Shown here: positions 23,280 to 36,523 of the stretch, piece after piece
Layout: each line of letters starts with the position of its first letter
Position numbering within the stretch: the first letter of the stretch is position 1
NCBI RefSeq assembly: GCF_018350175.1
Contig: NC_058383.1
Location: 25,422,001 to 25,486,000, forward strand
DNA: 64,000 nucleotides
Direction: 5' to 3'
Origin: Felis catus
Taxonomy: Eukaryota
Notes under the pieces: generated by a model
Told to the model about the DNA's origin: nothing
Databases searched by the model: none
What the model saw: only the letters and a program-made list of their open reading frames with translations
Made by a program: the position numbers and the translations under genes

Positions 23280-25265
23280 TCAGCTTTCCTGCTTCTAACC
23301 AAGACATACAACTGCACACACCAAAAGGAAAAAAGTGGGAGTATCAATAATCCAAATTTCTTTCAAATCATGTCTTGTTTGTGACTAGAATAAAAACAGA
23401 CTCAGAGGATTGACTCAGAGGTTTGACAATAAGAGAAACTTCCAGGAGAGATATAAAATGCAAGCAGAATATATCTTTTGCCTTCAAATGACTAATTTGC
23501 TGAAGTCAGTATGAATATCTGTTAAGAGCATGAGGCTTATGATTTGGACACAAATATCTCCAAAGCTCAGCTTTTCCCTTTTCTAGACACATGACTTTAG
23601 CAAGTTACTATTGAGCACTTACTATACTCCAGGCCTTGAACTAGGTTTGGGATACAACAGTGAACAAAATAGACCAAACTTCCTGACCTCATGGATTTCA
23701 CATTCTGAGAGAACAAGAGGCAGCAAATCAGGTAAGTAAATTGTAGAGTGTGTTTGAATATGGGAAGAATTTCATGAGACTAAGATTCTGGGTGGGCTAG
23801 GAAGGCAAAAACTAACGAGTCTTGAGTTATTATTGGCAAAGGGATTAATTACATGTACCAATGGGAAGCTTAGAGCCATCACCTAAATAGATTTAAGAGA
23901 GTGTAAGCACTACCAGAATAGGTGGGCACTTGGATAGACTAGTATGATGGATAAGCAAAAACAGTGACAGATGCATGAATTAGAGTCAGGCAAAAAGACC
24001 TATGCAGATAGACACAAATGGTATCTCAAGGTGCTCTAACAAGAGCATCCCCCGCTGGAATCACTGACTGTTGATCCTATAATTTTGAGAAGTGAGGTGG
24101 GCATTTGTCTCTCCCTCCCACACGGGGCCCCAGACATCCTTGCAAAATCCTCTCCATCCTTGAGGATAAGCTGGAAGAGGCTGGCCCTCTCTCCAGAGAG
24201 TACCTACATAAACCCATGCCAGGCCTTCATAACTTTCTATTGCAGAGGGCTGAGTATGGACTGAGTATTGAAAGCTATTGGAGAATTATTTCTGGTCTTC
24301 TGGGTGTGCTAATGGCAATGTAGCACTATAGAGAAAGAAAGGTCTTTGTCTTTTATGTTAGCAGTAGAATGATACGGTATCTGGGATTGACTCTGGCAAA
24401 TTCCAGCCAGGAAAATTAAAAAAAAAAAAAAAAAAAGAATCTGGGGATTTAGATGAAACAAGCTTTGGCAACATGTATATAGTTGTTGCGACTGGGTGTT
24501 GGGTTGCATGGGAGGTTATTAGATGATTCTCTCTCTACTATTGAGTGTGCTGGGAAGTCTTCGTAGAGAAAAAAATTAAAATAAAATCTTTCCATTTATT
24601 TACAGAAGGGAACAAATACACACAGGAACACATATATGCACTCAGAACATTTCTTCCAGCTTTGGGAATTATTCTGTTTGCCAGAGGAAAGCCATTCTGT
24701 TAAATGGTTTATGGTATTTAAAGAGCAGTTTGGTTCCATTTAATTGCTACCTTAAATTAACTGCTGCCTGAGTCTAGAGAGGTTATCGTTAGGGCCAGGG
24801 TGAAGGAAGAGGTGACAGTGGGCTTCCAGTGGGATTGAGTGGTTTCAAATGTGACCAGCTTAGGGAAAATCACCCATCCCCTGAAATTCCCTGGTAGAAG
24901 GCAAAACTCCCCGAAAACCAATGATGTCAGTGACTTGTTTTCACTATTTTCAACAATCTGTCCCCATCTAAGTGAGGTTGTTTGAATTCCTTCCCAACTG
25001 TTCCCAAACTGAGGGGTTTGGAAATGAAGAGGTTTCTAAATAATTGAGCCTACCTTTCAACATCCACTCACTATGTATTTATTCAATATCTACTCTACAG
25101 CAGGCATTGTGCCAGGATTACGGGATATATGATAGTGGGTATCACAGAGAAGGGCGCTGCCCTTAGGAAGGCAGACATATGTCAGACATCCTCAAGAACT
25201 AAGCACACAGTAAATAATGAGTTACTGCCTAAGTGCTATGAGTGAGAAGTACAAACTGCTAGGAG

Positions 25266-25834
25266 GGTATCTTAGTCCATTTGAGCTGTCATAACAAAAT
25301 GCCACAGACTTGGTGGCTTATAAACAACAGAAATCTATTTCTCAGAGTTCTGGAGATTGGATGTTCAAGATCAGGGTGCCATCATGGTCGAATGAGAGTG
25401 GTCTTCCGAGTCAAAGAGTTCTCACTGTGTCCTCACATGGTGGAAGGGGCTAGGTAGTTCTCTGGGGTCTCTCTTATAAGAACACTAATCACATGCATAA
25501 GGACGCTACCCTCATGACCTAATCACCTCCCAAAGGCCCCACCTCTTGGGGCGCCTGGGCGGCTCAGTCAGTTAAGTATCTGATTTCGGCTCAGGTCATA
25601 ATCTAATGGCTTGTGAATTCTAGCCCCACCCCCACTTCGAGCTCTGTGCTGACAGCTCAGAGCCTGGAGCCTGCTTCAGATTCTCAATCTCTTTCTCTCT
25701 CCCCAAAAAAATAAACATTCAAAAAAGGCCCACCTCTTAACATCATCACATTGGGCATCAAGATTCTAATATGTGAATTTGGGAGGTGGGGTATGTGGGG
25801 GGAGTGGGTAGACACACATTCAATTCAGACCATA
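25266..25834 (-). mobile_element. MaLR solo LTR (MLT1A/MST-like) containing a SINE
   Basis: TCTTAGTCCATTTGAGCTGTCATAACAAAATGCCACAGAC...CTCATGACCTAATCACCTCCCAAAGGCCCC...CAGACCATAGCA. Confidence 0.88.
25548..25725 (+). mobile_element. Can-SINE inserted in an MLT/MST LTR
   Basis: TSD AAAGGCCCCACCTCTT / AAAGGCCCACCTCTT. Confidence 0.92.
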
Positions 25835-26454
25835 GCAGAAGGCTCATAACAGACGGACTCCATGTAAAATAGGAGCCAGGAAATGCTCCTTGAAGAAATG
25901 TCACTGATAAGTAGGGTCCAGCTAAAGAGGTAGGGGAATGCTGTTGGAGGCAGAGGGACCTGCATGTGCAGACTTTCTGAAGTAGGAAAATGCGTGGTGC
26001 ATTCAAGAAAATGAAAGTCTGGTGTAGCTGGTATAAAGGTGAGAGGGGCAGATCACACAAGAAGTTTTTAGCCATTTCAAGGACTTGGAGTTTGTTTGAG
26101 CAAGAAAACTGCAGTCCAAAATGATTAAAATTTTCCCCAACTCACTCAAGTCCAGGTGACACTGGAATTCAATAATAATAAAAGCAAACATTTATTAAGC
26201 ACAAGACACTGGTCTAAATGTTCCACAAGTAGCAACTCAATCCTCCTAACAACTTTCTGAGGTACAATTACACCCCTTCTACAGATGAAGAAACTGAGCC
26301 ACAAAAAGGATAAATAACTTGACCCAAAATCATCAGATATTAACCAGCAGAACTTTGATTAAAACCCCAGAAGATTTGCTGCTGAGCCTCCCCTCCTAAT
26401 CACTCTGCTATCTTGCCTCTCAAAGCAAGGCGCTTATTACATCTTTACTGAGGA

Positions 26455-27180
26455 TCCACCACTGTGTGCCAAGCACTATTCTTGGCCCTGGGATAAAGCA
26501 GAAAACAAAGTTCAAAGTTCCTGCTCTCATGGAGCTTTCTTGGGGTTGTGGAGGGAAACAGTGACAAACACCTAAATGTATAATATGCCAGAAGGTTGTG
26601 TAGGAATAAACCACAGAAGTAGCTAGAATGTGACTGGGGACTCTTGGATAAGGAGATATTTGAGCAGAGACCTAAATGAAGTCTTGAGGGCATGTGGGAA
26701 AAGAATGTGCCAGGAAGAGGCAATAGCATACACGCCCTGAGGCAGGAAAGTTCTTAGGAAATCCAAGGACCCTCCAAGAAGGCACCAAGCTCCAAGGAGT
26801 GAGAGAGATGTGAGGGGAGCTTCAGTCAGAAGGTATCAGCCTTGTAGGTCAAGGTGGGCACTTGAGATCTTCTTTTGTACAGGTGAGGAGCCTGGGGGCA
26901 GTCAGCAGAGGAGTAATGAGAAATGCCATTTTTTAAGGGTCATTCTACCTTTAGGAAGTGGAGGTGGAAGCAGGGAGACCCTTTAAAAGGCCACTGTAAC
27001 AATCCAGGGATTCGTAATGGTGGCTTGGACCAGGCAATGATGATAGGGAAGATGAGAAGTGGTCAGATTCTGGATGTGTTTGAAGGGAAAGCCAAAAGGA
27101 TTTGCTGACAATGAACACAGGTGTGAGAGGAGAGTACAAGGTATTTGGCCTGAACACCAATAAGGAAGGAGCTTCCTTGA
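26455..27180 (-). mobile_element. L2 LINE fragment
   Basis: TGTGCCAAGCACTATTC...CCTGCTCTCATGGAGCTT...GGTGGCTTGGACCAGG...GTGGTCAGATTCTGGATGTGTTTGAAGG. Confidence 0.82.
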
Positions 27181-27194
27181 ATTAAGAGACAGAA

Positions 27195-27326
27195 AGAGAA
27201 GGGGAAGGGATGGGAGGGGAGGGGAAAGGATGGGAGGGGAGGGAAGGAGAGTAGAGAGAGGAGAGGAGAGGAGAGGAGAGGAGAGGAGAGGAGAGGAGAG
27301 GAGAGGAGAGGAGAGGAGAGGAGAGG
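27195..27326 (+). repeat. Purine tract ending in (GGAGA)n
   Basis: Directly visible; source of the GEERR and PLLSS pseudo-ORFs. Confidence 0.97.
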
Positions 27327-28299
27327 TTTCTCTCCTGACTCTTGGGGAGGCTTGGCAGGGTGGAGAAAAGAGAATGAATAGGTCTCCTCATCCACTGGAG
27401 GTACATATACAATGCATCAGGTCAAGGCCAGATGAAGAATAAGGATTAGGACTGGTCAGAGAGGATGAACAGAGGGTGGTCTGTAGGAATCCTGGAACCA
27501 AAGTGCCTGTGGGATCTCTCACCTGGGTCATTTAAAGAGGCTGAGGTACTGAATGTTTGGTATTCAGCAATGAAGAATGGAGAAGGCACAGGGAAGCACA
27601 GGAGATAACATCCTGGCAAACATGCAGGTAGTGGTGCAGAACGAGGCATGGCCTTGACATGTGGATGACACTGTCAGTGCCACCGCGATCATCAGGTCAG
27701 GTTTCCAGGACCTCATTTTCAGCACTGCCCAGAGAGTAGGCAGGGGGACAAGCAGCACAGAGTCCTTCTCCGGGAGTTTTCCAGGAAGACACATTAAGCC
27801 TAATGGAGAAAAACAGATGGTCCAGCAGCAACAACAAGCCACCCTTTCATGGCTCAGCTGTTTGGATTGTAAAATTATTGATGGAGGCTGAGCAAGTGGA
27901 ATCTGGGGAGACACAATTCAGTTTAGTGATGTCTCAAGAACTTGCACAGACACAGTGATTTTGAGAAAAGAATTGAGACAGTCTCTTCGCTGTGTCTCCC
28001 CACATCCCTCACTACTCAGCCTAGCCAGGCCAGACCATAGGTGTTAGAGAAGCTGGGTAGGGGCAGTACAGCCCAGTAGTTAGGAAAGCAGTTCTGCAGC
28101 CTCACTACAGGATTTGAAAAGCTGTTCTACTACATCCTAGCTCTGTGACCATGGGCAGGTACTGGGCTTCTCTTTGCCTCATGCTCTGGAATGATGATCA
28201 TAGTGGCTCCTCACGTGATGCTTGTGAAATGAAGTGAGTTAATCCATATAAAGTGTGTAGAACCACTCTTGCCTGTACTAAGTACTCAGTGAAAGGCCA

Positions 28300-28541
28300 A
28301 AGAGATATACATGCTCCCATGTTTGTTACACAAATGTTCACAATAGCCAAGAAATGGAAATAAACTGGGGCGCCTGAGTGGCTCAGTTGGTTGAGCGTCC
28401 AGCTTCAGCTTAGGTCATGATCTCGTGGTTCATGAATTCGAACCCCCATGTCAAGCTTTGTGCTGACAGCTCAGAGCCTGGAACCTGCTTCGGACCGTGT
28501 GTCTCCCTCTCTCTCTGCCCCTCCCTCCTCTTTCGCGCGTG

Positions 28542-28583
<42 letters not shown>

Positions 28584-29165
28584 AATAAACATTAAAAAAA
28601 AAAAAGAAATGGAAACAAACTAAGTGTCTGTCAAAGGATGAGTGAATAAAGATGTAGTAGATAGATACAATGGAATACTGTTCAGCCATGAGAAAGAAGG
28701 AAATTTGCAACAACAGGGACAGAACTTGAGGACATTATGCTGAGTGAAATAAGTCACACAGAGAAAGACAAACAATGTATGGTACCTCTTATACGTGCAA
28801 TCTAAAAAAGAAAAAAAACCAAAATTATAAAAACAGAGCAAAATGGTGGTTACCAAGGGCTGTGGGGTAGAGAAATGGGAGAGGTGTTGTTTAAGGCACA
28901 TATTTGTAACTGAGGGATAAGCAAGTCCTGGCTATCTAATGCACAATACGGTAATTATAGACAACCACTATCTTATGAACATTACACTTGCTAAGAGACT
29001 AGTTCTTAATTGTTCCCAACTCTAGAAGAAATAATAATTATGTAACAAGATAGAAGTGATAGCTAACATTACAGTGGCAAGTGTACTGCAATATAAATGT
29101 ATCAGGTCACCTCAAACATACACAATGTTACATGTCAAATAAAACTCAGTAAACATAAATAAATA
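28300..29165 (+). mobile_element. L1 3' end (L1MA9/carnivore-type) containing a SINE
   Basis: TTCACAATAGCCAAGAAATGGAAA...GGACATTATGCTGAGTGAAATAAGTCA...CACAATGTTACATGTCAA. Confidence 0.85.
28367..28603 (+). mobile_element. Can-SINE inserted in L1
   Basis: TSD AAGAAATGGAAATAAACT / AAGAAATGGAAACAAACT. Confidence 0.94.
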
Positions 29166-29623
29166 AACTGTAGTTATTATCACACAATTCTACTTCCACA
29201 GAGCTGAGTATATAGCCTCATCCATGACTGGAGTTCTATAAACATTTATTATAATTTGAGGTGAACACCACCATCACCACCAACATCATCACGGGAGCCC
29301 TCATAATGCCCAGTTCTTTGTGAAGCACTTTACAGACCCTTGAGTTTCTTGAGTTGTGGTGAAGGAAAAATTCTAAGAACATATGTCCAGCACCAGTTTT
29401 TCTCAGAGACTTAGTACTTTAAGAAAAGCAGATTTTGGTCTTGCAGTTGGGTATGGACAGTGGTAAAGCAAAGGAGAAAGGAAGAATGAACTGGGAGAGA
29501 AGATTTCCCCAAACACAAGGTCTGAGATTTTTGATATGTCAGGAACTGTCTATGTCCAAACTACATCTTTTTCCTTTTACATTGGAGCTAGGCAGTTGTC
29601 AGTTAGTCAATACAGCAGTTAGT

Positions 29624-29768
29624 CCCTCCTTCTTTCCTTCCTTCCTTCCTTCCTTTTTTCCTTCCTTCCTTCCTTCCTTCCTTCCTTCCTTCCTTCCTTC
29701 CTTCCTTCCTTCCTTCCTTCCTTTTTTTCCCCTTCCTGGCTCTTTTCTTTCCTTCTTTCCTTCCTTCC
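29624..29768 (+). repeat. (TTCC)n microsatellite
   Basis: Directly visible. Confidence 0.97.
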
Positions 29769-30344
29769 AAGGGAGAAAGACCAAGAGTTGATGAGCTATG
29801 AGATACAGAACCAGACCAACAGACAAACCAGTACACCAAACACCAATTTAAAAACAACCAATTCCCTGAAAGTCAGTTTGCTAAACTTCCCATTCAACAA
29901 CTGAGTTTCCCTAAATTTCCTAACCCCCTAAGATATATCTGATGATGGAAAAATAGAGACAAACACAGGCAATGGGGCCCTTGGAGAATGTAAGGCATCA
30001 AGCATTGTTTGGAGAGTTGTCTAATATAAGGTACATGTGGCTGAGAAGAAAGTGGGGGTGGGGGAGAATTTGTTCTCAACAGAGCCAAAGGGAAATGGAC
30101 ATTGGAGGCTTTAAATAGGAAGGGCAATAAAGGGAAGAAGAAAGCCTCAAGACCTGGAGACTGGATATCCCCTCAGAAAACACACAAATGTGGCAAGAAG
30201 ACCAGCATAAATAACTTAGACACACCCCACGCAATGAAAGAGGAGACAGGCAGCAACATAGGTGGACTTTCCCCCAGAATGAGGGGTGCAGAGGGTCACA
30301 ACCTCTACATGGGAGATTTTCCCCAGCTGAGTTTAAATTCGTGT

Positions 30345-30518
30345 TTCTTTTTTAGATTTATTTACTTTTGAGAGAGACAGACCGGGGGGGGGGGGGGGGG
30401 GGGGGGGGGGAGAGCGGAGAGCACGCACAAGTGGGGGAGGGGCAGGGAGAGAGGGGACAGAAGATCTGAAGCAGGCTCTGCACTGACAGCAGTGAGCTTA
30501 TTGTGGGAATTGAACTCA
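30345..30518 (-). mobile_element. Can-SINE lacking its 5' head, with a 27-nt G run
   Basis: T-rich tail, GGAGGGGCAG...GAAGCAGGCTCTGCACTGACAGC, similarity ends at TTGAACTCA. Confidence 0.88.
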
Positions 30519-32514
30519 GTGGACATTGGAACAGACAGCGCGTTTTCAGCCTCTCCGTGCAGAGAGCCTTCACTGAATGAATGATCCGTTTCAGAGAATT
30601 CTGGTGGGCAAGGGTTGAACCACCCATTTAACTGATTCCGGGAAAACACCCAGGATGTGTTAGGAGGGAATTCTCCTGAAAGTTAAAGCAGAATTGCCTA
30701 GTTCTGCCTCTGCTCCTCCCCCAAGGAGGAGAACTGGACTCCAAATGACCATTGGGGTAGCCTTTAATGCAATAATCGAGAAGAACTAATCTGGACAATG
30801 TTTCAAATAAAACTGTGTTTCTTTCTCCCCGTCTCTGCTCTTATTTCTGGACTCTTTCTCAAGGAAAAAGAGAATTCTTTCCTTCTGTACCCCGTCATTT
30901 GAATGTCACCCAATCCCAGGAGTGGAGAAGTTGTTAATCTAATATTCACTGGACCAAGCATTGCTGCATGACACTACAGTGAAAGGCAAACTTGCCTTCT
31001 TCTGTTTTATGCAGTAAATTCAACGGACTGGTCCTAGCACTGCTTTCTTTCCACGTTCTCTTATTCCCTCTGCAAGATGCATAATGGCTCTTACTTGTCA
31101 GAGCAGGCTGGATTATACTCTAGCCTCAGTGGAGAGAAGCACAGACATTCCCTATTCCCCTTCTCATTTTCTTTTTTCCCTGTGCCTCCATACGGCCAGC
31201 GACCAGGCAGAAGTCAAAGCCAGCCTCCAAGCCCTATCCCAGCTCTGCCTGCACCCATTGTAGAAGACCAGCCCACAATCCCCATCCCAGCAGCTCTCTG
31301 TGACCTCTGCCTCTTCCCTGCCCACCTCTCTCCCTTCCAATTGTCCTTTGGCTCTTGTTCATTGTATGTAGAAACACTTTGTTCAGACCACATGCAGTAA
31401 AGTGGAGATGAGGGAGAGCATCTATTTACTCAGAAAACTTTGGATATACCTAGAGAACAGCTTGTATAATTCTCACTTTATGGATGGGAAAACAGAGTCC
31501 CAGGAGATTTAAAGGGCTTGACTATAGAAAGCAGGTGCCAGAGCCAGTGTTCTGACTGGTCTTCAAATTCTAAATCCTCCTACCCTCTATCCATATTCAT
31601 TATTTTCCATTCATATAACTTCATCAATATCTGTGTGTGCATGTGGTAAAGTAAAAAACATCTATAAAAGAAAAATATAACATATGTATATAATATAAAA
31701 TAAAATCATATAATCTCCCATCCAATGTCTAGGTGCTTGGAAGAATTGTGAAAATCAAATTATGTTATCTACCACCTTGACTTATTGGGCTCAGAGCTCC
31801 TTCTCTACTTCCTAATTCACAGTAGACTCTCAAGACACCAGCCCTGCTTCCTCTGATTCCTCAGTCTGGCAGGCAGGTTCTGAGCAATGTTCTCATTAGA
31901 GCACATTCCACCTTCAATGCCGCACAGCCTTTGGATGAAGGCTCTGTGGAGTTCATGATAATAGACTCTGCCAGCAGTTCCAATCAGGTAGACATGACTT
32001 AGACGCCTGCAGTGTTCAGCTCAGACTGTGAGTGGAAGACAAAAGAGTTGAACACGAACCAACTAGACATAGATAATAGTCGTGCCTTGTACAGACTGGG
32101 CAGCCGTAGTTTCCTCCTCCTCCCTGGATCTGGGAGAAGGCAGATGCTGAATGGGGTGTTGAGTAATGGGTGCAATAATGCCAGCAGGATCACCAGGTGC
32201 TCTGGGGTCGAGTCTTCTCAATTAATGAATTAATGCTTGTAACACAGGGACAGCATGTGCACTTTGGTGCCAGGTGAGAGGCAGTGCCCTTCTCTCATTT
32301 ATCCTGGAAAGGATTTTCTAATCTTCTGGACCTGAGGGCAGGGGTTTGGCAGGTGTCTGAGCTGGAGGCAGCTGCAGTAGAGTAAAAGGAGTCAGAAAAA
32401 AGCTTTGGAGTCAGAAACCTGAACTCTAATCCCAAATTTGTTTATGTATGAACTATAGGGCCTTGGGCAAATCGCCTCCTTTTCCTGGAGCACAGCTTTC
32501 TCATCTTCATCAAT

Positions 32515-32785
32515 ATGTAAATACATAAATAATATATAAATACATATACACATATTGTATAATACAAAGCAATATATGTAATACAATGTATACTATATAT
32601 TTATATTTATTTATATATTTATATTTATATATATTTATATATTTACATATTTGTATAATATGCATTCAATATATCTTATATATATTATATGACATATGCA
32701 CTAAATACACATAAAATTAAAATATATTTATACAAATATATAAATATTATATACACACATATATACATACATATATGTATATATT
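32515..32785. repeat. Degenerate (TA)n low-complexity tract inside a MIR
   Basis: Directly visible. Confidence 0.93.
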
Positions 32786-33489
32786 TGACCTTGAGAAAAG
32801 TGTCCTCTGAGACTAGATCTCCCCATCTGTAAAACAGGTCTCATATTAGTCTCACCTAAGAGGGTTGAGGTGAAGATAAAATGATACTAACTACAAGAGA
32901 TACAGAGATACTCAATAAGTGGTTACCCGTTTCTCCTCCACAGAACTTAGGTTAATTGTAATATTAGGAAATATTTACCCCATTATGTGTTTCATGTCTG
33001 TCGCCTCTGCCAGATGTTGAGCTCAATGAGAGCAGGAACTATCTCTGCCTATTCATCACTGTCCCCAAGTCCCCACAAGAGTAGGTGCCCAATAAACTGT
33101 GCTGCCTGAACAAGTGACTAAAATAAAGACACTAGCTCCTATCTCCAGGAACTGCTGCAGCAGTAAAGGAAATCGCATGCAGTATAGGGTATTATAAGCC
33201 ATGAAATACCATGAAAACAAGAAAAGTGGTTGTTGCAATACTCTGTGAGGTGCAGAGGGGACCACAGACCCCTTAGTGGGACAGGGGTGAGCAAGAGGAG
33301 AGTTACAATGGGGGCAAAAAGCTGGAGGGGATGCCAGGAGGAGCTGTTAGGAGGTGGCCTGAGGGAATGGAAAAAGCCCTAAGCAGGGGCTGAGAATCAA
33401 TCTATCTATGCCAACCATGAAGCTGAGGTGTTTGGGCATCTTTTCCTCCTGAACACTGACTTTCCTCAGGAAGCTTTTTTTATTCACTT

Positions 33490-34090
33490 CCCACTAAGTG
33501 CACTTACCGAGAACTTACTAATTTCACTTCAAAGTAGCAATGAATAAAATGGACCAAGCTCTCCTGGAACCTATATGCTAGTGGAGATAGACAAATAGTA
33601 AGTAAATAAGCCCCTACAGATATCATGTCCAGGATAAGTGCCATGAAAGAAAATAAAACTGCAGAAAGGTATAGGGAATGATGGAAATTAAGGCTATGTT
33701 ATTGAGGGTAGTCAAAAAAGACATCTCTGGTAAATATGAGCTGTGAGGAAATGTGACGGAACAGCATTCCAAGCAAAGGGAACAGCAGGTATAAAGGCTC
33801 TTGAGTGAGAGAATGGTTAATGGATTTAGCTGGGGTGGAGTGCTCAAGGGAGAAATAGAAAATGGAATCAGAGAGGTGGTGGGGCACCTGATCACGTGGG
33901 GACTCATTCACCATGACAAAGAATAAGATGAGCGCCATTACCTGCCATAGTCTTTTACAGATCACTCTAGCTGCCTTGTGGAGAACAGATGGAGGGCAAG
34001 AATGGGAGGAGAAGACCACTGAAGGGAGGGGATTGGTGTTGTGCAGGTGAGGGAGGATAGTTCCTGGGACTAGGACATCATGGAGGAGGT
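33490..34090 (-). mobile_element. L2 LINE fragment
   Basis: GCATTCCAAGCAAAGGGAACAGCAGGTATAAAGGC...GATCACTCTAGCTGCCTTGTGGAGAACAGAT. Confidence 0.75.
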
Positions 34091-35244
34091 CCCTGAAATC
34101 TAAGACTTTTTTCTACCTAAGGGGGCATTAGATTTGTCTGAGAAATCAGAGATGGAACTAAAAGAGACCTTGAACTTCAGTTGGTCTAAGCACCCACATC
34201 TTAGGTCACAGGAGCAGAAACTGGACAGAGACACCTAAGCACAGGACCCTAGTTCAACACTTTTCCACCATGTGGCTCCTTTTTGATCATTGTCACTACC
34301 CTTTGTGTCTCTGTGGCTTTAGAGAAACAGATCCACAAAGAGCTACTGCACTTTAGAGGTTGAGAGTAAAATTAAGAACAACTTGCTTTTCATTTATAAT
34401 TTATGCATTATACACCACCTACTTCCCAAAAGGATTTGAGACAGCTTACAATAACAATCATCTTTAAACCATCTGCACAGCCACTGAAAAACATGTTTTC
34501 AGAGAATCCTTAATGGCACAAGGAAATGTTCAAAACGTAACTTTAAATGAAAAAGACATGGCACAACACTTTATTTACTATAATATTGTTACATAATATA
34601 AAGATGACTAGAGAGAGGAGAGAGGGAAGAGAAGGATAGGGTGGGAAAAAGGAAGGGAATGGAAATGGGGAAGGGAGGGGAGGAAAAAATAAACTGGAAA
34701 GAAACACTAATAGCTATTATTACCCTTCTTAAAATTACCTGGACAGACCTCATTATTAACAACATGGTTCCCGGAGACGATGCAACTGACATGATTTTGA
34801 AAGGTAGTAACATCTTTTTAATGTTAATAGTTATACAATCAGTCAAATGTGTATTTTTAAAATACAGCTAACACATCAAAACCATGTGTGCTGGCTCAAT
34901 CTCATTTGTCCCTCCATATCCATTCTCCACTCCCCTCTGCCCTGCTCTGTATAGAAGAGCCTTCTTTGTTCTCTAGCTTTGGGCTGGTTGGGGTCAACAG
35001 GGACTCCAGTGAAAAATCAGAGGGCAGAAGAGACAGACGTGAGAGTATTTTCCCCACTCCCCTAATCTTCTTGCCTTATGCCTGCTCTGGACCCATTGTG
35101 TCCCTCAGCTGCCTTCCAGGGCTCCAGCTGTCCTAGTGTCCCACTAATACTGTCTGGTTTCTTCTCTGCTTCTCTGGTTTCCCTTGCTGCTTCTCTTAAC
35201 CCAGCCCTCAACTCTACAGCAGTCCCTTTATTAAATTCTCTTTA

Positions 35245-35430
35245 GTACTTCTTAAAGTTTAATGTGCATAAGAATCACTTGAAAGGCTTGTTAAACTACA
35301 GATTCCTGCTCAACCCCCCACCCCTCAACCCTCACCCGCAACCTGAGATTCTGATTCCATAGGTCTGGATGGGGTCTGAGAAGTTTTTCTTTCACACAAC
35401 CTCTCAGGAGATACCACATTTTGATAACAG
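35245..35430. mobile_element. MER5A-like hAT relic
   Basis: TGTGCATAAGAATCACTTG...CTTGTTAAACTACAGATTCCTG...GATTCTGATTCCATAGGTCTGG. Confidence 0.75.
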
Positions 35431-35978
35431 TCCCTTGGTTACTCAACACTCTTTGAGTGTGTTGTCTACTTCCTGCCTACTAACACTTGAGGAGGGAAGT
35501 CAAATAGATGTTTCTGTGGTGGTGGAAACGCTCTATAATAGTCTGCATTCTCCAGCAGGGTAGCCATATATGACTTGTTAAGTACTCATAAGTCATAATG
35601 TGACTAGAGCAATTGAGGGAATGGATTTTTAATTTTATTACATTTTGATTAATAAAAATAATTAGTGCTGAGCTAGTAAAAGTAGTTGCCACTTTCAACA
35701 TTCTACCTGGAAATCTCCTTCACCAGATTGATGGGTTCATTAGGCTCTGCTTCTACCTCCATGTTACTGAAGGGGACATTTTGCTAATTGTTCTGGCAGT
35801 TCAATATTCAAGTTCCATTTTCTCCTGCCTCCACTAGCAATTTTCTCACTGTCCTTCCAGCCTCTGTTTACAGTCTCCTAGAGGTGCTTCATCAGGCCTC
35901 TAGCCGTGGCCTGGTTCCAAGGCCATTGCCACATGTTTTACATTTATATTACCTCAGCACCCTACATCTAGGTACCAA

Positions 35979-36471
35979 TGTCTCCTTCAGTTATGTATTG
36001 ATGCATAACAAACCACCCAAGATTTAGTGACTTCAGTCAACAACCATTTGACTATCTCTCCTGATTTTCTGGGTTGACTGGGTTCTGCTGGGTGATTCTT
36101 CGGCTCTGTATTGTGTTGGCTGGAAATACAGTTATCTGGGGACTCAATTGGGATGGACCATCCAAGATGGTTTACTCACCTGGTCGGTGGCTGGGGTCAG
36201 CTGGATGCTCAGTGAGACTGTCAACCAGAGTGCCTCAATTCCCGTCCATTTGTCTTCTCCATGCAGCATGGCAGCTGGGTTCTAAGAGGCAAAAATTGGA
36301 AACTGCTCAGAAATCCCAGAACATCATTTCAGTGCATTCTAGTGGCTAAAATCAGTCATGGAACAGTATGGATTTAAGAGACACAAGTTCCACACCTTGA
36401 TGTGAGATGTAGCATGTGCACGGGGGGAGGGCATGGGTTGTTGGGGGCATCTTTGGAGACTAGCTGCTACA
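35979..36471 (-). mobile_element. Old MLT1 LTR
   Basis: GCATAACAAACCACCCAAGATTTAGTGACTT...CATCCAAGATGG...GGCATCTTTGGAGACTAGCTGCTACA. Confidence 0.75.
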
Positions 36472-36523
36472 GTGCCTCTGTCCTTTGTGAGTGTCTTTCA
36501 CAGCCAGGGTGAACTATGCAGAC

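Noticed and set aside
27063..27442. Repetitive PLLSS and GEERR ORFs
   Set aside because: Translations of the (GGAGA)n microsatellite.
29435..29857. PSFL and KEGR repeat ORFs
   Set aside because: Translations of the (TTCC)n microsatellite.
30096..30530. TGGACATTGGA at 30096-30106 and 30520-30530 as the TSD of a SINE with 3' transduction
   Set aside because: No polyT follows the upstream copy, as a minus-strand insertion would require; an 11-bp match can be chance.
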